Assembly: GCA_964511625.1 (NCBI GenBank)
Contig: CAZEJG010000006.1
Location: forward strand, 47,897-111,896
Direction of reading: 5' to 3'
Source: an uncultured Hoeflea sp.
Lineage (GTDB): Bacteria > Pseudomonadota > Alphaproteobacteria > Rhizobiales > Rhizobiaceae
DNA: 64,000 bases
In this document: piece after piece, positions 55,661-64,000 of the stretch
Position numbering within the stretch: the first letter of the stretch is position 1
How the letters are laid out: the number at the start of each line of letters is the position of its first letter
Program-made: the position numbers and the translations under genes
Notes under the pieces: model-generated
Told to the model about the DNA's origin: nothing
The model's input: the letters and a program-made list of their open reading frames with translations, nothing else
The model's database searches: none

Positions 55661-56152
55661 TTATGCTCCGCTTTCGCTGGAGGAGGGATAGGCGCAAAGA
55701 ACGGCGCTGTCGAAAGTCATGACGGGCGTGCCGTCCTCGGCCAGCGCTTCTGCCTTGCCCGACAGCATCGACCAGCCCTCGCGGCCGCGATAGGGCTTGA
55801 TGCCGGTCAGCGTATTGGCAAAAGAGATCGTGCTGCCGGCATAGACAGGCCTGATCCAGCGCAGGTTCCGGAATCCCGGGGAGGGGCCAAACTGGTAGAC
55901 GGGCAGGCCTGCCTTGGTTCTCTCGCGCAGCCGGCGCATGGTGGTCGCCACATTGAGCTTCATCCAGACCGCGGTGGTGTGCCAGCCACTGGCGCAGAGG
56001 CCGCCGAACATGCTTTCCCTCGCCGCTTCCGGATCGGTGTGGAAGGGTTGCGGATCGTATTTCCTTGCGAATTCGATGATCGCTTCCTCGGTGAAGAGGT
56101 AGCTGCCCAGTTCGATGCGGGTGCCGATGGTGAAATCCGGATCCTGGGTCAT
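55661..56152 (-). CDS. MaoC-like (hot-dog fold) dehydratase, second of a tandem pair
   Basis: YDPQPFHTDPEAA is the hydratase-type D-x-x-P-x-H segment, together with GGLCASGWH. An ATGA overlap joins it to the upstream gene. Confidence 0.8.
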   Translation of the reverse strand: MTQDPDFTIGTRIELGSYLFTEEAIIEFARKYDPQPFHTDPEAARESMFGGLCASGWHTTAVWMKLNVATTMRRLRERTKAGLPVYQFGPSPGFRNLRWIRPVYAGSTISFANTLTGIKPYRGREGWSMLSGKAEALAEDGTPVMTFDSAVLCAYPSSSESGA

Positions 56153-56613
56153 GCCGGCTCCTCGGGGTTGCGCACGCGGATCATCACAGCGTTCTCGCAT
56201 TCGAAAACGGTATCACCGCGCTGGTTTCTCAGTTCGGTGCGGAAGCGGACGATGCCGATCGCGGGGCGCGAGCCCGAGCGCCGCAACTCGAGCACCTCGG
56301 AGGTGCCGGTGAGAGTATCGCCGGCGAGCACCGGGCGTTTCCAGGCGACGAACTCGATGCCCGGCGCGCCTTCGCCGGCAGATCGACTGACATAGGCGTC
56401 ATAGATCATACGCATCATCATCGCGCAGGTATGCCAGCCGGAAGCCGCGAGACCGCCTAGAATGGAAGCCTCGCCGGCCTTCTCGTCTAGGTGCATGGGC
56501 TGTGGATCGAACTCGCTGGCGAATTCGATGATCTCGTCGCGTGAAACGGGTCTGGGTCCGAGCTCGAAGGTGGTGCCCGGTGTCAGATCCTCGAAATGGA
56601 TCATGTCTGTCAT
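56149..56613 (-). CDS. MaoC-like (hot-dog fold) dehydratase, first of a tandem pair
   Basis: FDPQPMHLDEKAG and GGLAASGWH. 154 aa. Confidence 0.85.
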   Translation of the reverse strand: MTDMIHFEDLTPGTTFELGPRPVSRDEIIEFASEFDPQPMHLDEKAGEASILGGLAASGWHTCAMMMRMIYDAYVSRSAGEGAPGIEFVAWKRPVLAGDTLTGTSEVLELRRSGSRPAIGIVRFRTELRNQRGDTVFECENAVMIRVRNPEEPA

Positions 56614-56752
56614 GGGTGGGTGTCTGGTCCGTTGGGGGGATGAGCCGCAGATTCCGCACGGCGGTGATCTGTGTCAAATGCAAAGATCATGATGTATGAG
56701 AGTATAGCCAATCCGGAAGCGACGGGCTTCCGCTGGTAACGAGGAGTGATCC

Positions 56753-56959
56753 ATGTTGAAGACCAATGTCGGCGGTATCGACCGCATTCTGCGCATCGTC
56801 GTCGGGCTCGCGCTCATCGCCTGCTTCTTCATCTTCCCGGCGTCCGAATGGCGCTACGCTTTTCTGCTCGGGATCATCCCGCTGGCCACGGGGCTGATGT
56901 CGACCTGTCCGCTCTATTCGATCCTCGGCCTCTCCACCTGTCCGGTGCGCAAGGCCTGA
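56753..56959 (+). CDS. DUF2892 (YgaP-like) small membrane protein
   Basis: 68 aa. N-V-G-x-x-D-R-x-L-R-x-V-x-G and a C-terminal CPLYSILGLSTC, typical of DUF2892. GAGGAG SD. Confidence 0.85.
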   Translation: MLKTNVGGIDRILRIVVGLALIACFFIFPASEWRYAFLLGIIPLATGLMSTCPLYSILGLSTCPVRKA

Positions 56960-56972
56960 GGCGCCGGCGTGG

Positions 56973-57314
56973 TCAGTGCAGGGTGGTGTCGGAGAAGAGA
57001 TTGATCACGGCCACTCCGGCGATGATCAGCGAAATCCCGACCACCGCCGCGGTATCGAGCCGCTGCCCGTACCAGACCCAGGCAACTGCGGCGATGAGAA
57101 CGATGCCTGCGCCCGACCAGACGGCATAGACGATGCCTGAGGGCATGAAGCGCAGCGCATAGGCGAGAAGCCAGATGGCGAGCGCATAGCCGACGATGGC
57201 GATGGCGCTGGGCCCGAGTTTCGTAAAGCCGACGGACCGCGCCAGCGCCGTGGTGGCGATGACCTCGGCCACGATCGCCACCACGAGGGCCGAGTGGACC
57301 ATCAGCATGTTCAT
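56973..57314 (-). CDS. Small multidrug resistance (SMR) family efflux transporter
   Basis: 113 aa with four TM helices. The conserved membrane-embedded Glu lies in TM1 (AIVAEVIATTAL). Confidence 0.85.
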   Translation of the reverse strand: MNMLMVHSALVVAIVAEVIATTALARSVGFTKLGPSAIAIVGYALAIWLLAYALRFMPSGIVYAVWSGAGIVLIAAVAWVWYGQRLDTAAVVGISLIIAGVAVINLFSDTTLH

Positions 57315-57350
57315 CGGCGCTCTCCTCGCGTGGCGATAGCAGCCTGTGGA

Positions 57351-58454
57351 TCAGGTGTTGAAGCGGAAGAGAAGCACGTCGCCGTCCTGGACGACGTATT
57401 CCTTGCCTTCGTCACGCGCCTTGCCGGCTTCCTTGGCGGGGACTTCGCCGCCGAGCGTGACATAGTCGTTATAGGCGATCGTCTGGGCGCGGATGAAGCC
57501 GCGCTCGAAGTCCGTATGGATGACGCCAGCTGCCTGCGGTGCCTTGGTGCCGCGGGAGATCGTCCAGGCGCGCGTCTCCTTCGGCCCGGCGGTGAAATAG
57601 GTGATGAGGTCGAGAAGCGTGTAGCCGGCCTGGATCAGGCGATCGAGGCCGGGTTCTTCCAGTCCCATGGCGCCGAGGAATTCGGCCTGTTCCTCGTCGG
57701 AAAGCTGGGAGACCTCTGCCTCGATGGCCGCAGAGATGATCACCGTCTCGGCGTTCTGTTCGGCGGCCATGGCCTCGACTGCCTTGGTGAACTCGTTGCC
57801 GGTCGCGGCATCGCCTTCCTCAACGTTGCAGACATAGAGGACCGGCTTGGAGGTCAGGAGGTTGAGGCCGCGGAGAATGCGCAGGTCTTCCGCCGCGATG
57901 CCCTTGAGCATCAGCCGCACCGGCTTGCCTTCGCGCAGAAGCGCCAGCGCCTCGTCCATGACCGGCAGAAGCGTCTGGGCTTCCTTGTCCTTGCCGGTGG
58001 CACGCTTGCGCATCTGCTCGGTGCGGCGTTCGAGGCTTTCGAGGTCCGAGAGCATCAATTCGGTTTCCACCGTCTCGGCGTCGGCCACGGGATCGATGCG
58101 ACCGTCGACATGGGTGATGTCCTCGTCCTCGAAACAGCGCAGCACGTGGACGATGGCGTCGACTTCACGGATGTTGGCGAGGAACTGGTTGCCGAGGCCT
58201 TCGCCCTTGGAAGCGCCACGCACCAGCCCCGCAATGTCCACGAAGGAGATGCGGGTGGGGATGATTTCCTTCGATCCGGCCACCTTGGCGATCGCGCGCA
58301 TGCGCGGATCCGGCACCGCGACCTCGCCGGTGTTCGGCTCGATGGTGCAGAAGGGATAGTTGGCCGCCTGGGCCGCCGCTGTTCTGGTTAGCGCGTTGAA
58401 GAGCGTGGACTTGCCGACATTGGGAAGTCCGACGATTCCGCATTTGAAACCCAT
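57351..58454 (-). CDS. ychF: Redox-regulated ribosome-binding ATPase YchF
   Basis: MGFKCGIVGLPNVGKSTLFNALT, and a C-terminal TGS-like domain ending VVQDGDVLLFRFN. Confidence 0.95.
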   Translation of the reverse strand: MGFKCGIVGLPNVGKSTLFNALTRTAAAQAANYPFCTIEPNTGEVAVPDPRMRAIAKVAGSKEIIPTRISFVDIAGLVRGASKGEGLGNQFLANIREVDAIVHVLRCFEDEDITHVDGRIDPVADAETVETELMLSDLESLERRTEQMRKRATGKDKEAQTLLPVMDEALALLREGKPVRLMLKGIAAEDLRILRGLNLLTSKPVLYVCNVEEGDAATGNEFTKAVEAMAAEQNAETVIISAAIEAEVSQLSDEEQAEFLGAMGLEEPGLDRLIQAGYTLLDLITYFTAGPKETRAWTISRGTKAPQAAGVIHTDFERGFIRAQTIAYNDYVTLGGEVPAKEAGKARDEGKEYVVQDGDVLLFRFNT

Positions 58455-58593
58455 GGTTTTTCAGCTTTCGGATGTCGATTTCGATGTTGGGCAGGCTATG
58501 GGCGAAAGCGCCCTGCGGGTCAAGGGGAGAGGCCGGACGGGCCGCCTTCCGGGCGTCAACCGGCGGGAAAGATTTGGCAGCTAGCATGGCGGC

Positions 58594-58986
58594 ATGGAAA
58601 CGGAACTCGCAACCTGGCACTTCGTCGCCGCGGCAGTGGCCTTCGCCCTGTTCGGCGTCGGCTTCCATGTGTGTCGCGCGGTCTTCAACCTGTTTCCGGA
58701 CAAGCTCTCGGACACGGCGGCGGTCAACATCTTCGTTTCGAGCGGGTATGGCTGGGCGGATCATGTCTTCGGCACGGAGTATGATGACGCGGGCTACTAC
58801 CGTCTCGACAGCCTGAAGAACCTCCGCCTCGCCGTCGGCTTCTCCCTGCTTGGCGGCATGGGGGCGATGCTTTTCGCGCCCGACGTTGCTCAAGGCATCG
58901 CGAAACTCCTGGATATGGGGCTTGCAGCCTTCCTCGAGCTTCTGGTCTACCGCGTGCAGAATTTCCGCCTCGCGACGATGGGTTGA
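58594..58986 (+). CDS. Hypothetical membrane protein (130 aa)
   Basis: G/C bias at codon position 3 is strong. Hydrophobic segments are WHFVAAAVAFALFGVGF and LAVGFSLLGGMGAMLF. No recognisable family. Confidence 0.6.
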   Translation: METELATWHFVAAAVAFALFGVGFHVCRAVFNLFPDKLSDTAAVNIFVSSGYGWADHVFGTEYDDAGYYRLDSLKNLRLAVGFSLLGGMGAMLFAPDVAQGIAKLLDMGLAAFLELLVYRVQNFRLATMG

Positions 58987-59053
58987 TTGCCGCCTCACGC
59001 AGTGCGAAAATCGCGTCACGCTCCCACATCGAAAAACGCCGGAGAATTGCGCC

Positions 59054-59365
59054 ATGGGCGACAAGGACACCGTTCTTGCTCCGAAACCGAAGACCAAACC
59101 GAAGGTCGAGCGGCCGAAGCTCTACAAGGTCATTCTGCTCAACGATGACTATACGCCGCGCGAATTCGTCGTTCTGGTGCTCAAGGCCGTCTTCCGCCTG
59201 TCGGCCGATGTCAGCCATCGGCTGATGATGACCGCTCACAGGATGGGCTCCTGCGTCATCGTGGTCTGCCCGCGCGACGTCGCCGAAACGAAGGCGAAGG
59301 AAGCCAATGATCTCGCGAAGGACGCCGGATTTCCGCTGATGTTCGCGACGGAACCGGAGGAATAG
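59054..59365 (+). CDS. clpS: ATP-dependent Clp protease adaptor ClpS (paralogue not linked to clpA)
   Basis: 103 aa. The core KVILLNDDYTPREFVVLVL and the MMTAHRMGSCVIV His motif are present. GGAG lies upstream of ATG 59054. Confidence 0.85.
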   Translation: MGDKDTVLAPKPKTKPKVERPKLYKVILLNDDYTPREFVVLVLKAVFRLSADVSHRLMMTAHRMGSCVIVVCPRDVAETKAKEANDLAKDAGFPLMFATEPEE

Positions 59366-59384
59366 GGGCTGAGACCGGTAAAGG

Positions 59385-60116
59385 TCAGTCCTTGCCGCCG
59401 AAGAGCTTCTTGAGCATGTCGGCCATCGGGCCGGATTCGGGGAGCTTGCCCTGAGGCTTGTTCTGCCGCGCCTGGCGGATATGGGATTGGCCACCTGCGG
59501 ACTTAGGCTGCTTGGCGGGCTTTGCGGCGGGTTGTTCCTTAGGCGCCTTGCCGCCGGTGGCTAGCGCCACCTTGTTCATGAACTGGGAATCCTCGCCCCG
59601 CGCGATCATCTCGGCATTGTCGGCGATGGCGTCGAGCAGCGGTTCCAGCCATTCGGTGTCGACCTTGGCGAAATCACCCAATACATGGCCGTTGACGCGC
59701 GCCTTGTCGCCGGGATGGCCGATACCTATGCGCATGCGCCGGTAGTCCTTGCCGCAATGGGCGTCGATCGAGCGCAGTCCGTTGTGGCCGCCATGGCCGC
59801 CGCCGACCTTCAGGCGCAGCTTGCCGGGCGCGAGGTCGAGCTCGTCATGCATGACGACGATGTCGGCAGTGGAGAGCTTGTAGAAGCGCATGGCCTCGCC
59901 GACGGCTTCGCCGGAGAGGTTCATGAAGGTGGTGGGCTTGAGGAGCAGCACCTTCTCGCCGGCGAGCGTGCCCTCGGCGATCTCCGCCTTGAACTTCCTG
60001 CTCCAGGGCGAAAAGGAATGGCGGCGGGCTATCGCGTCCGCCGCCATGAAGCCGACATTGTGCCGGTTGTTCTCGTATTTCGCGCCGGGATTTCCAAGAC
60101 CCGCGATGAGCAGCAT
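59385..60116 (-). CDS. pth: Peptidyl-tRNA hydrolase (with a long Lys/Pro-rich C-terminal extension)
   Basis: [30 protein letters not shown] lies 6 nt upstream of ATG 60116. The track start at 60218 would overlap rplY. Confidence 0.9.
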   Translation of the reverse strand: MLLIAGLGNPGAKYENNRHNVGFMAADAIARRHSFSPWSRKFKAEIAEGTLAGEKVLLLKPTTFMNLSGEAVGEAMRFYKLSTADIVVMHDELDLAPGKLRLKVGGGHGGHNGLRSIDAHCGKDYRRMRIGIGHPGDKARVNGHVLGDFAKVDTEWLEPLLDAIADNAEMIARGEDSQFMNKVALATGGKAPKEQPAAKPAKQPKSAGGQSHIRQARQNKPQGKLPESGPMADMLKKLFGGKD

Positions 60117-60147
60117 GGAAATTCTCCCCGGCGCGCCGGGACGACGA

Positions 60148-60813
60148 TTACTCTTCGCCGCCCTCTGCTTCGTCTTCTGCAGCTTCGTCGGCTTCGTCTT
60201 CAGCCTCTTCAGCAGCATCTTCCGCAGCTTCGTCGCTCTTCAGGCCGGCAGGCGCTGCGACGGTGGCGACGGTGAAGTCGCGGTCGGTGATGACAGGCGA
60301 GGTGCCTTCCGGCAGTTCGATCGCCGAGATGTGGATACCGTCACCGATTTCCAGACCGGTCAGGTCGGCGGTGAGGGCTTCCGGAATCGCGCCGGCCGAG
60401 CAGTAGAGTTCGACTTCGTGGCGAACGACGTTGAGAACGCCGCCGCGCTTGATGCCCGGGGACTTCTCTTCGTTGATGAAGTGAACCGGGATCGCGACCT
60501 GCACCTTGGTCTTCGCCGAAACGCGAAGGAAGTCGACATGCATAACGAAGTCACGCACCGGGTCGAGCTGATAATCCTTCGGCAGCACGCGGACCTTCTC
60601 GCCGTTGACGTCGATGGTCGCAGTGGTGGTCATGAAGCCGCCGCTGTGGATCTTCAGCGAAACTTCCTTGCGGGGCAGGGCGATGGAAATGGGGTCTTTC
60701 TTGTCGCCGTAGATCACGGCGGGAATCATACCATTGCGGCGCAGTTCGCGGGCGGACCCCTTACCAACCCGATCGCGCGCCTCGGCCTTCAGCTCATAGC
60801 TATCGTGGCTCAT
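60148..60813 (-). CDS. rplY: 50S ribosomal protein L25 / general stress protein Ctc
   Basis: An N-terminal L25 domain ([20 protein letters not shown]), a Ctc-type C-terminal domain and an acidic tail. Confidence 0.95.
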   Translation of the reverse strand: MSHDSYELKAEARDRVGKGSARELRRNGMIPAVIYGDKKDPISIALPRKEVSLKIHSGGFMTTTATIDVNGEKVRVLPKDYQLDPVRDFVMHVDFLRVSAKTKVQVAIPVHFINEEKSPGIKRGGVLNVVRHEVELYCSAGAIPEALTADLTGLEIGDGIHISAIELPEGTSPVITDRDFTVATVAAPAGLKSDEAAEDAAEEAEDEADEAAEDEAEGGEE

Positions 60814-60954
60814 GAACTTTCCTTTCGAGGTTCGAATTTTGGAGCTGTCATCCGGCGCCCCCGAAAGGGTCTCCAGAAAACATCAAGCGCCGTCCGGATC
60901 GGTACGGCGCTTCATCCGCGTTGCCTCCAAGGGTGTCTGCGCGGACGAGGCGGT

Positions 60955-61218
60955 CTATAGCGGACGAGCCCCTGCAATGCAAGGCTTGGCGGCGGATGCG
61001 CCATGGGCGTCCCGAATGGTCCTTGTCCGACGCGCGGCGATCTCTTCACATGCGGGAAGGGCATAGGGATCGAAAGGCAGGTCCGCAAGTTGCGACTGGC
61101 TCATCCGGGCCAGATCGGGATGGGACAGCGGGTCGGCGAAGGATGTGTCGGGCGCAGGGCGGAAAAAGCGGGCCGCCAGGTCGCGCAGGACGTGTTTGAA
61201 GTCTGTTGTCGGTATCAC
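60955..61218 (-). CDS. Possible small hypothetical protein (87 aa), uncertain
   Basis: GTG start with AAAGGA 8 nt upstream. G/C bias at codon position 3 is good in the first two thirds and weakens later. No recognisable family, and a competing + strand ORF lies at 61003-61239. Confidence 0.35.
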   Translation of the reverse strand: MIPTTDFKHVLRDLAARFFRPAPDTSFADPLSHPDLARMSQSQLADLPFDPYALPACEEIAARRTRTIRDAHGASAAKPCIAGARPL

Positions 61219-61313
61219 AGGTTTTTTCCTTTGTTATAGTTATGCTGAGGAGATAGGCTCTGTTATCGCTGAAAACCATCGAATGTTTCTGTCACCAGCT
61301 TTAGGAAAACTAA

Positions 61314-62207
61314 ATGAGGGTCCTGAGCCGCCTCCATCTCAACGGATTGCGCGCCGTGGAAGCCGCAGGCCGGTTGGGGGGACTCAAGGCTGCGGCGGAC
61401 GAACTCGGCGTGACGCCGGGTGCTGTGAGCCAGCAGATCCAGAAGGTCGAAAGCCAGCTCGGTCGTCCGCTTTTCGTCCGCGGAGCGCGCGGCCTGGTAC
61501 CGACGCCGCTCGGTGCCGAAGTCATGGTGCATCTCTCGGCCGGTTTCAGCGAACTGGCGCGCGGTGTGGAGCGCGGTCTCGAACGAGGCCCCAAGGCGCT
61601 GGTTGTCTCGGTAGCGCCGGTCTTCGCGTCGAAATGGCTGGTCTGGCGGCTCAAGGCCTTCAACGACACCCATCCCGACCTTCGGGTGCGGATGGATGCG
61701 ACGACGACCATCGTCGACCCGAACACCTCCGACGTCGATCTGTGCATCCGCGTCTTCTTCGGCACGCCGCCGGGCAGGAACGTGTCGAAACTGCTCGAGC
61801 AGCGGATTTTTCCGGTCTGCAGTCCCGCGATCGCGGACAAGATCCGCAATCCGAAGGATCTGCGCGGCATTCCGGTGATCCGCGATTCGCTGTCGCGGTT
61901 CGGCTGGGACCTGTGGCTCGACAAGCTGGGCCTGGCCGAGAGCGACCTCACCGACGGCCCCTCCTTCTCCGATGCGGCCCTGTGTCTCGATGCGGCGATC
62001 GCCGGGCAGGGGATATTCCTGGCCTGGGAAACGCTCGCCAATGACGCGATGGCGCGGGGCCAGGTAATCGCGCCCTTCGAGGGGCGGCTGAAGACGGGTG
62101 CCGCCTACTGGCTGGTCGCCAAGGAGCATTCGGACAAGGCGGCCGACGTGGCCAAATTCTCCGATTGGCTCAGGGCGGAACTCGGCAAATCCTTCGAGAT
62201 GGCCTGA
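61314..62207 (+). CDS. LysR-family transcriptional regulator (GcvA-like)
   Basis: The N-terminal HTH is LRAVEAAGRLGGLKAAADELGVTPGAVSQQIQKVE, followed by a LysR substrate-binding domain. Confidence 0.9.
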   Translation: MRVLSRLHLNGLRAVEAAGRLGGLKAAADELGVTPGAVSQQIQKVESQLGRPLFVRGARGLVPTPLGAEVMVHLSAGFSELARGVERGLERGPKALVVSVAPVFASKWLVWRLKAFNDTHPDLRVRMDATTTIVDPNTSDVDLCIRVFFGTPPGRNVSKLLEQRIFPVCSPAIADKIRNPKDLRGIPVIRDSLSRFGWDLWLDKLGLAESDLTDGPSFSDAALCLDAAIAGQGIFLAWETLANDAMARGQVIAPFEGRLKTGAAYWLVAKEHSDKAADVAKFSDWLRAELGKSFEMA

Positions 62208-62282
62208 TGGCGGCTGTCATACGCTTGTCATCCGCGACGGGAACACACCGCCAATGATCAGGGCAGGGGAAATGGCACAGCG

Positions 62283-63569
62283 ATGACGACGGAAACGGTA
62301 TCCACGCGCGAGCTCGTCTCGGTCTTCGGGCGGATAGGCCTCCTGTCTTTCGGCGGACCGGCGGGGCAGATCGCGCTGATGCATCGTGAACTGGTGGAGG
62401 AGCGCCAATGGCTCGACGAGGCCCGTTTCCTGCACGCGCTCAATTTCTGCATGCTGCTGCCCGGGCCGGAAGCCATGCAGCTTGCGACCTATGCGGGTTG
62501 GCTCAAGCGCGGTGTGACAGGCGGGCTGATTGCCGGGTTGTTGTTCGTGCTGCCCGGCTTCGCGGTAATGCTGGCGCTTTCGGCCGCCTATCTGGCCTAT
62601 GGCGATGTGCCTGCCGCCGAGGGCGTGTTGCTCGGTCTCAAGGCGGCCGTGCTGGCCATCGTCGTTCAGGCGCTGGTGCGTGTGGCGGGGCGGGCACTGA
62701 AAACCTGGCTCGCCTGGGTGTTGGCGCCGGCCGCCTTTCTGGCCATCGCGTTCCTGCATCTGCCGTTCCCGCTGATCGTGCTCGGCGCCGGTCTCGTCGG
62801 GCTTCTGTCTTCCCTGCTGCGGCGGGATCGAACCGAAGCCGTTGTGCCGGTGGACGAAGTCGAGCGCGGTGTAGGCGGGTTGAAGGCCGTTTTCATCTGG
62901 TGCGCCATCTGGCTGCTGCCGCTTGCCGCCATGACAGCCCTGTTTCCAGGCCCCTTCGCCGACATGGCGGTGTTCTTCTCGAAGGCGGCGGTCGTCACCT
63001 TCGGGGGCGCCTATGCGGTGCTCGCCTATGTCGGCCAGCAGGCGGTCGAGGTGCATGGCTGGCTGATGCCGGGTGATATGCTGGCGGGTCTCGGTCTGGC
63101 CGAGACGACGCCTGGGCCGCTCATTCTCGTCCTGGTCTTCGTCGGCTTCCTCGGTGGAGCCCGGTCATGGGCCGAACTGCCGATTGCCGGCGGCCTGACC
63201 GGTGGTGTTGTGGCGCTGTTCTTCACCTTTGCGCCCTGCTTCCTCTGGATCTTTGCCGGTGCGCCGCATGTCGAGCGCTTGCGCGGGGTACGCTGGCTCG
63301 CCGATGCGCTGGCCGCCATCACCGCGGCGGTCGTCGGCGTGATCGCCAATCTCGCCGTCTGGTTCGCACTGCACGTGCTCTTTACCGATGTGGGGGAGGT
63401 GCGCGCGGGACCGCTTCACGTGCCGACGGTGAATGTCTTCAGCATGGACATGGCGGCACTTGTCATCGCGCTCGCCGCGGGCGTGGCGCTGATCGGTTTC
63501 CGCATCGGATTGCTCAAGGTGCTCGCGGGCGCCGTCGTCGCGGGGCTGATCGTCACACTCGCCGGGTGA
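62283..63569 (+). CDS. chrA: Chromate ion transporter (CHR family, duplicated-domain ChrA)
   Basis: FGRIGLLSFGGPAGQIALMH in the first half and VVTFGGAYAVLAYV in the second half. About 12 TM helices. Confidence 0.9.
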   Translation: MTTETVSTRELVSVFGRIGLLSFGGPAGQIALMHRELVEERQWLDEARFLHALNFCMLLPGPEAMQLATYAGWLKRGVTGGLIAGLLFVLPGFAVMLALSAAYLAYGDVPAAEGVLLGLKAAVLAIVVQALVRVAGRALKTWLAWVLAPAAFLAIAFLHLPFPLIVLGAGLVGLLSSLLRRDRTEAVVPVDEVERGVGGLKAVFIWCAIWLLPLAAMTALFPGPFADMAVFFSKAAVVTFGGAYAVLAYVGQQAVEVHGWLMPGDMLAGLGLAETTPGPLILVLVFVGFLGGARSWAELPIAGGLTGGVVALFFTFAPCFLWIFAGAPHVERLRGVRWLADALAAITAAVVGVIANLAVWFALHVLFTDVGEVRAGPLHVPTVNVFSMDMAALVIALAAGVALIGFRIGLLKVLAGAVVAGLIVTLAG

Positions 63570-63575
63570 CGGCGA

Positions 63576-64000
63576 TCAGTCGAACAGGCTCGAGACAGAC
63601 TGCTCGGCTGCGGTGCGGTTGATCGCCTCGCCGATCAGCGTGTCGGTGGAGATGACGCGGATATTGTGCGCGCTCTGCACGGCGGGGGTCGGCTGGATGG
63701 AATCGGTGATCACCAGTTCGCGCAGCTTGGAGGCCGACACGCGGGCCACCGCACCGCCGGAAAGCACGCCGTGGGTGATGTAGGCGGTGACGCTGGTCGC
63801 GCCCTTGTCGAGAAGCGTCTCGGCGGCGTTGCAGAGCGTGCCGCCGGAATCGACGATGTCGTCGATCAGCAGGCAATCCTTGCCGGTGACGTCGCCGATG
63901 ACGTTCATAACCTCGGATTCGCCGGGCCGGTCGCGGCGCTTGTCGACGATGGCGAGCTGGGAATCGAGGCGTTTGGCGAGCGCGCGGGCGCGCACCACAC
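63576..64000 (-). CDS. prs: Ribose-phosphate pyrophosphokinase, C-terminal part (5' end beyond the window)
   Basis: The PRPP-binding loop is [21 protein letters not shown], with a C-terminal SVSSLFD. The ORF is open at the window edge. Confidence 0.9.
   Translation of the reverse strand, partial: VVRARALAKRLDSQLAIVDKRRDRPGESEVMNVIGDVTGKDCLLIDDIVDSGGTLCNAAETLLDKGATSVTAYITHGVLSGGAVARVSASKLRELVITDSIQPTPAVQSAHNIRVISTDTLIGEAINRTAAEQSVSSLFD

Overview
This is a 64-kb GC-rich chromosomal segment that looks alphaproteobacterial, most likely Rhizobiales/Hyphomicrobiales. The evidence is a fused trpE(G) behind a W-W-W leader peptide, separate petA/petB/petC, an Lrp-type PutR beside a short PutA, a MoxR-DUF58-BatA_N operon, and the rplY-pth-ychF neighbourhood. 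I call 62 protein genes plus two leader-peptide ORFs, several rho-independent terminators and a few operator or promoter candidates. I saw no rRNA, tRNA, CRISPR array, transposase, integrase or phage genes. Most of the window is core metabolism and housekeeping: putA, fhs, a heme-type TonB receptor, trpE(G), leuA, hemF, petABC, apt, ychF, pth, rplY and prs. The stretch most likely to hide undescribed biology is 1-6964. It holds six tightly coupled same-strand genes: a coiled-coil, possibly TelA-like protein; a 392-aa unknown; a classical-clade AAA ATPase; an orphan Phd/YefM-like antitoxin; a 433-aa unknown; and a 2-TM DUF2333-like membrane protein. Only the ATPase has a domain I can name with confidence. 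Secondary points of interest: (1) the MoxR-DUF58-vWA membrane operon at 32953-39772; (2) a Leu-rich leader ORF upstream of leuA; (3) the trpL attenuator; (4) a perfect SoxR box driving a small VOC-like gene; (5) a 397-bp highly structured intergenic region upstream of a tandem ABC exporter pair; (6) an unlinked ClpS paralogue. All functional calls come from reading motifs by eye in the supplied translations. No database search, HMM, folding or composition calculation was run. Start codons were refined from the ORF track using Shine-Dalgarno context and typical family N-termini.
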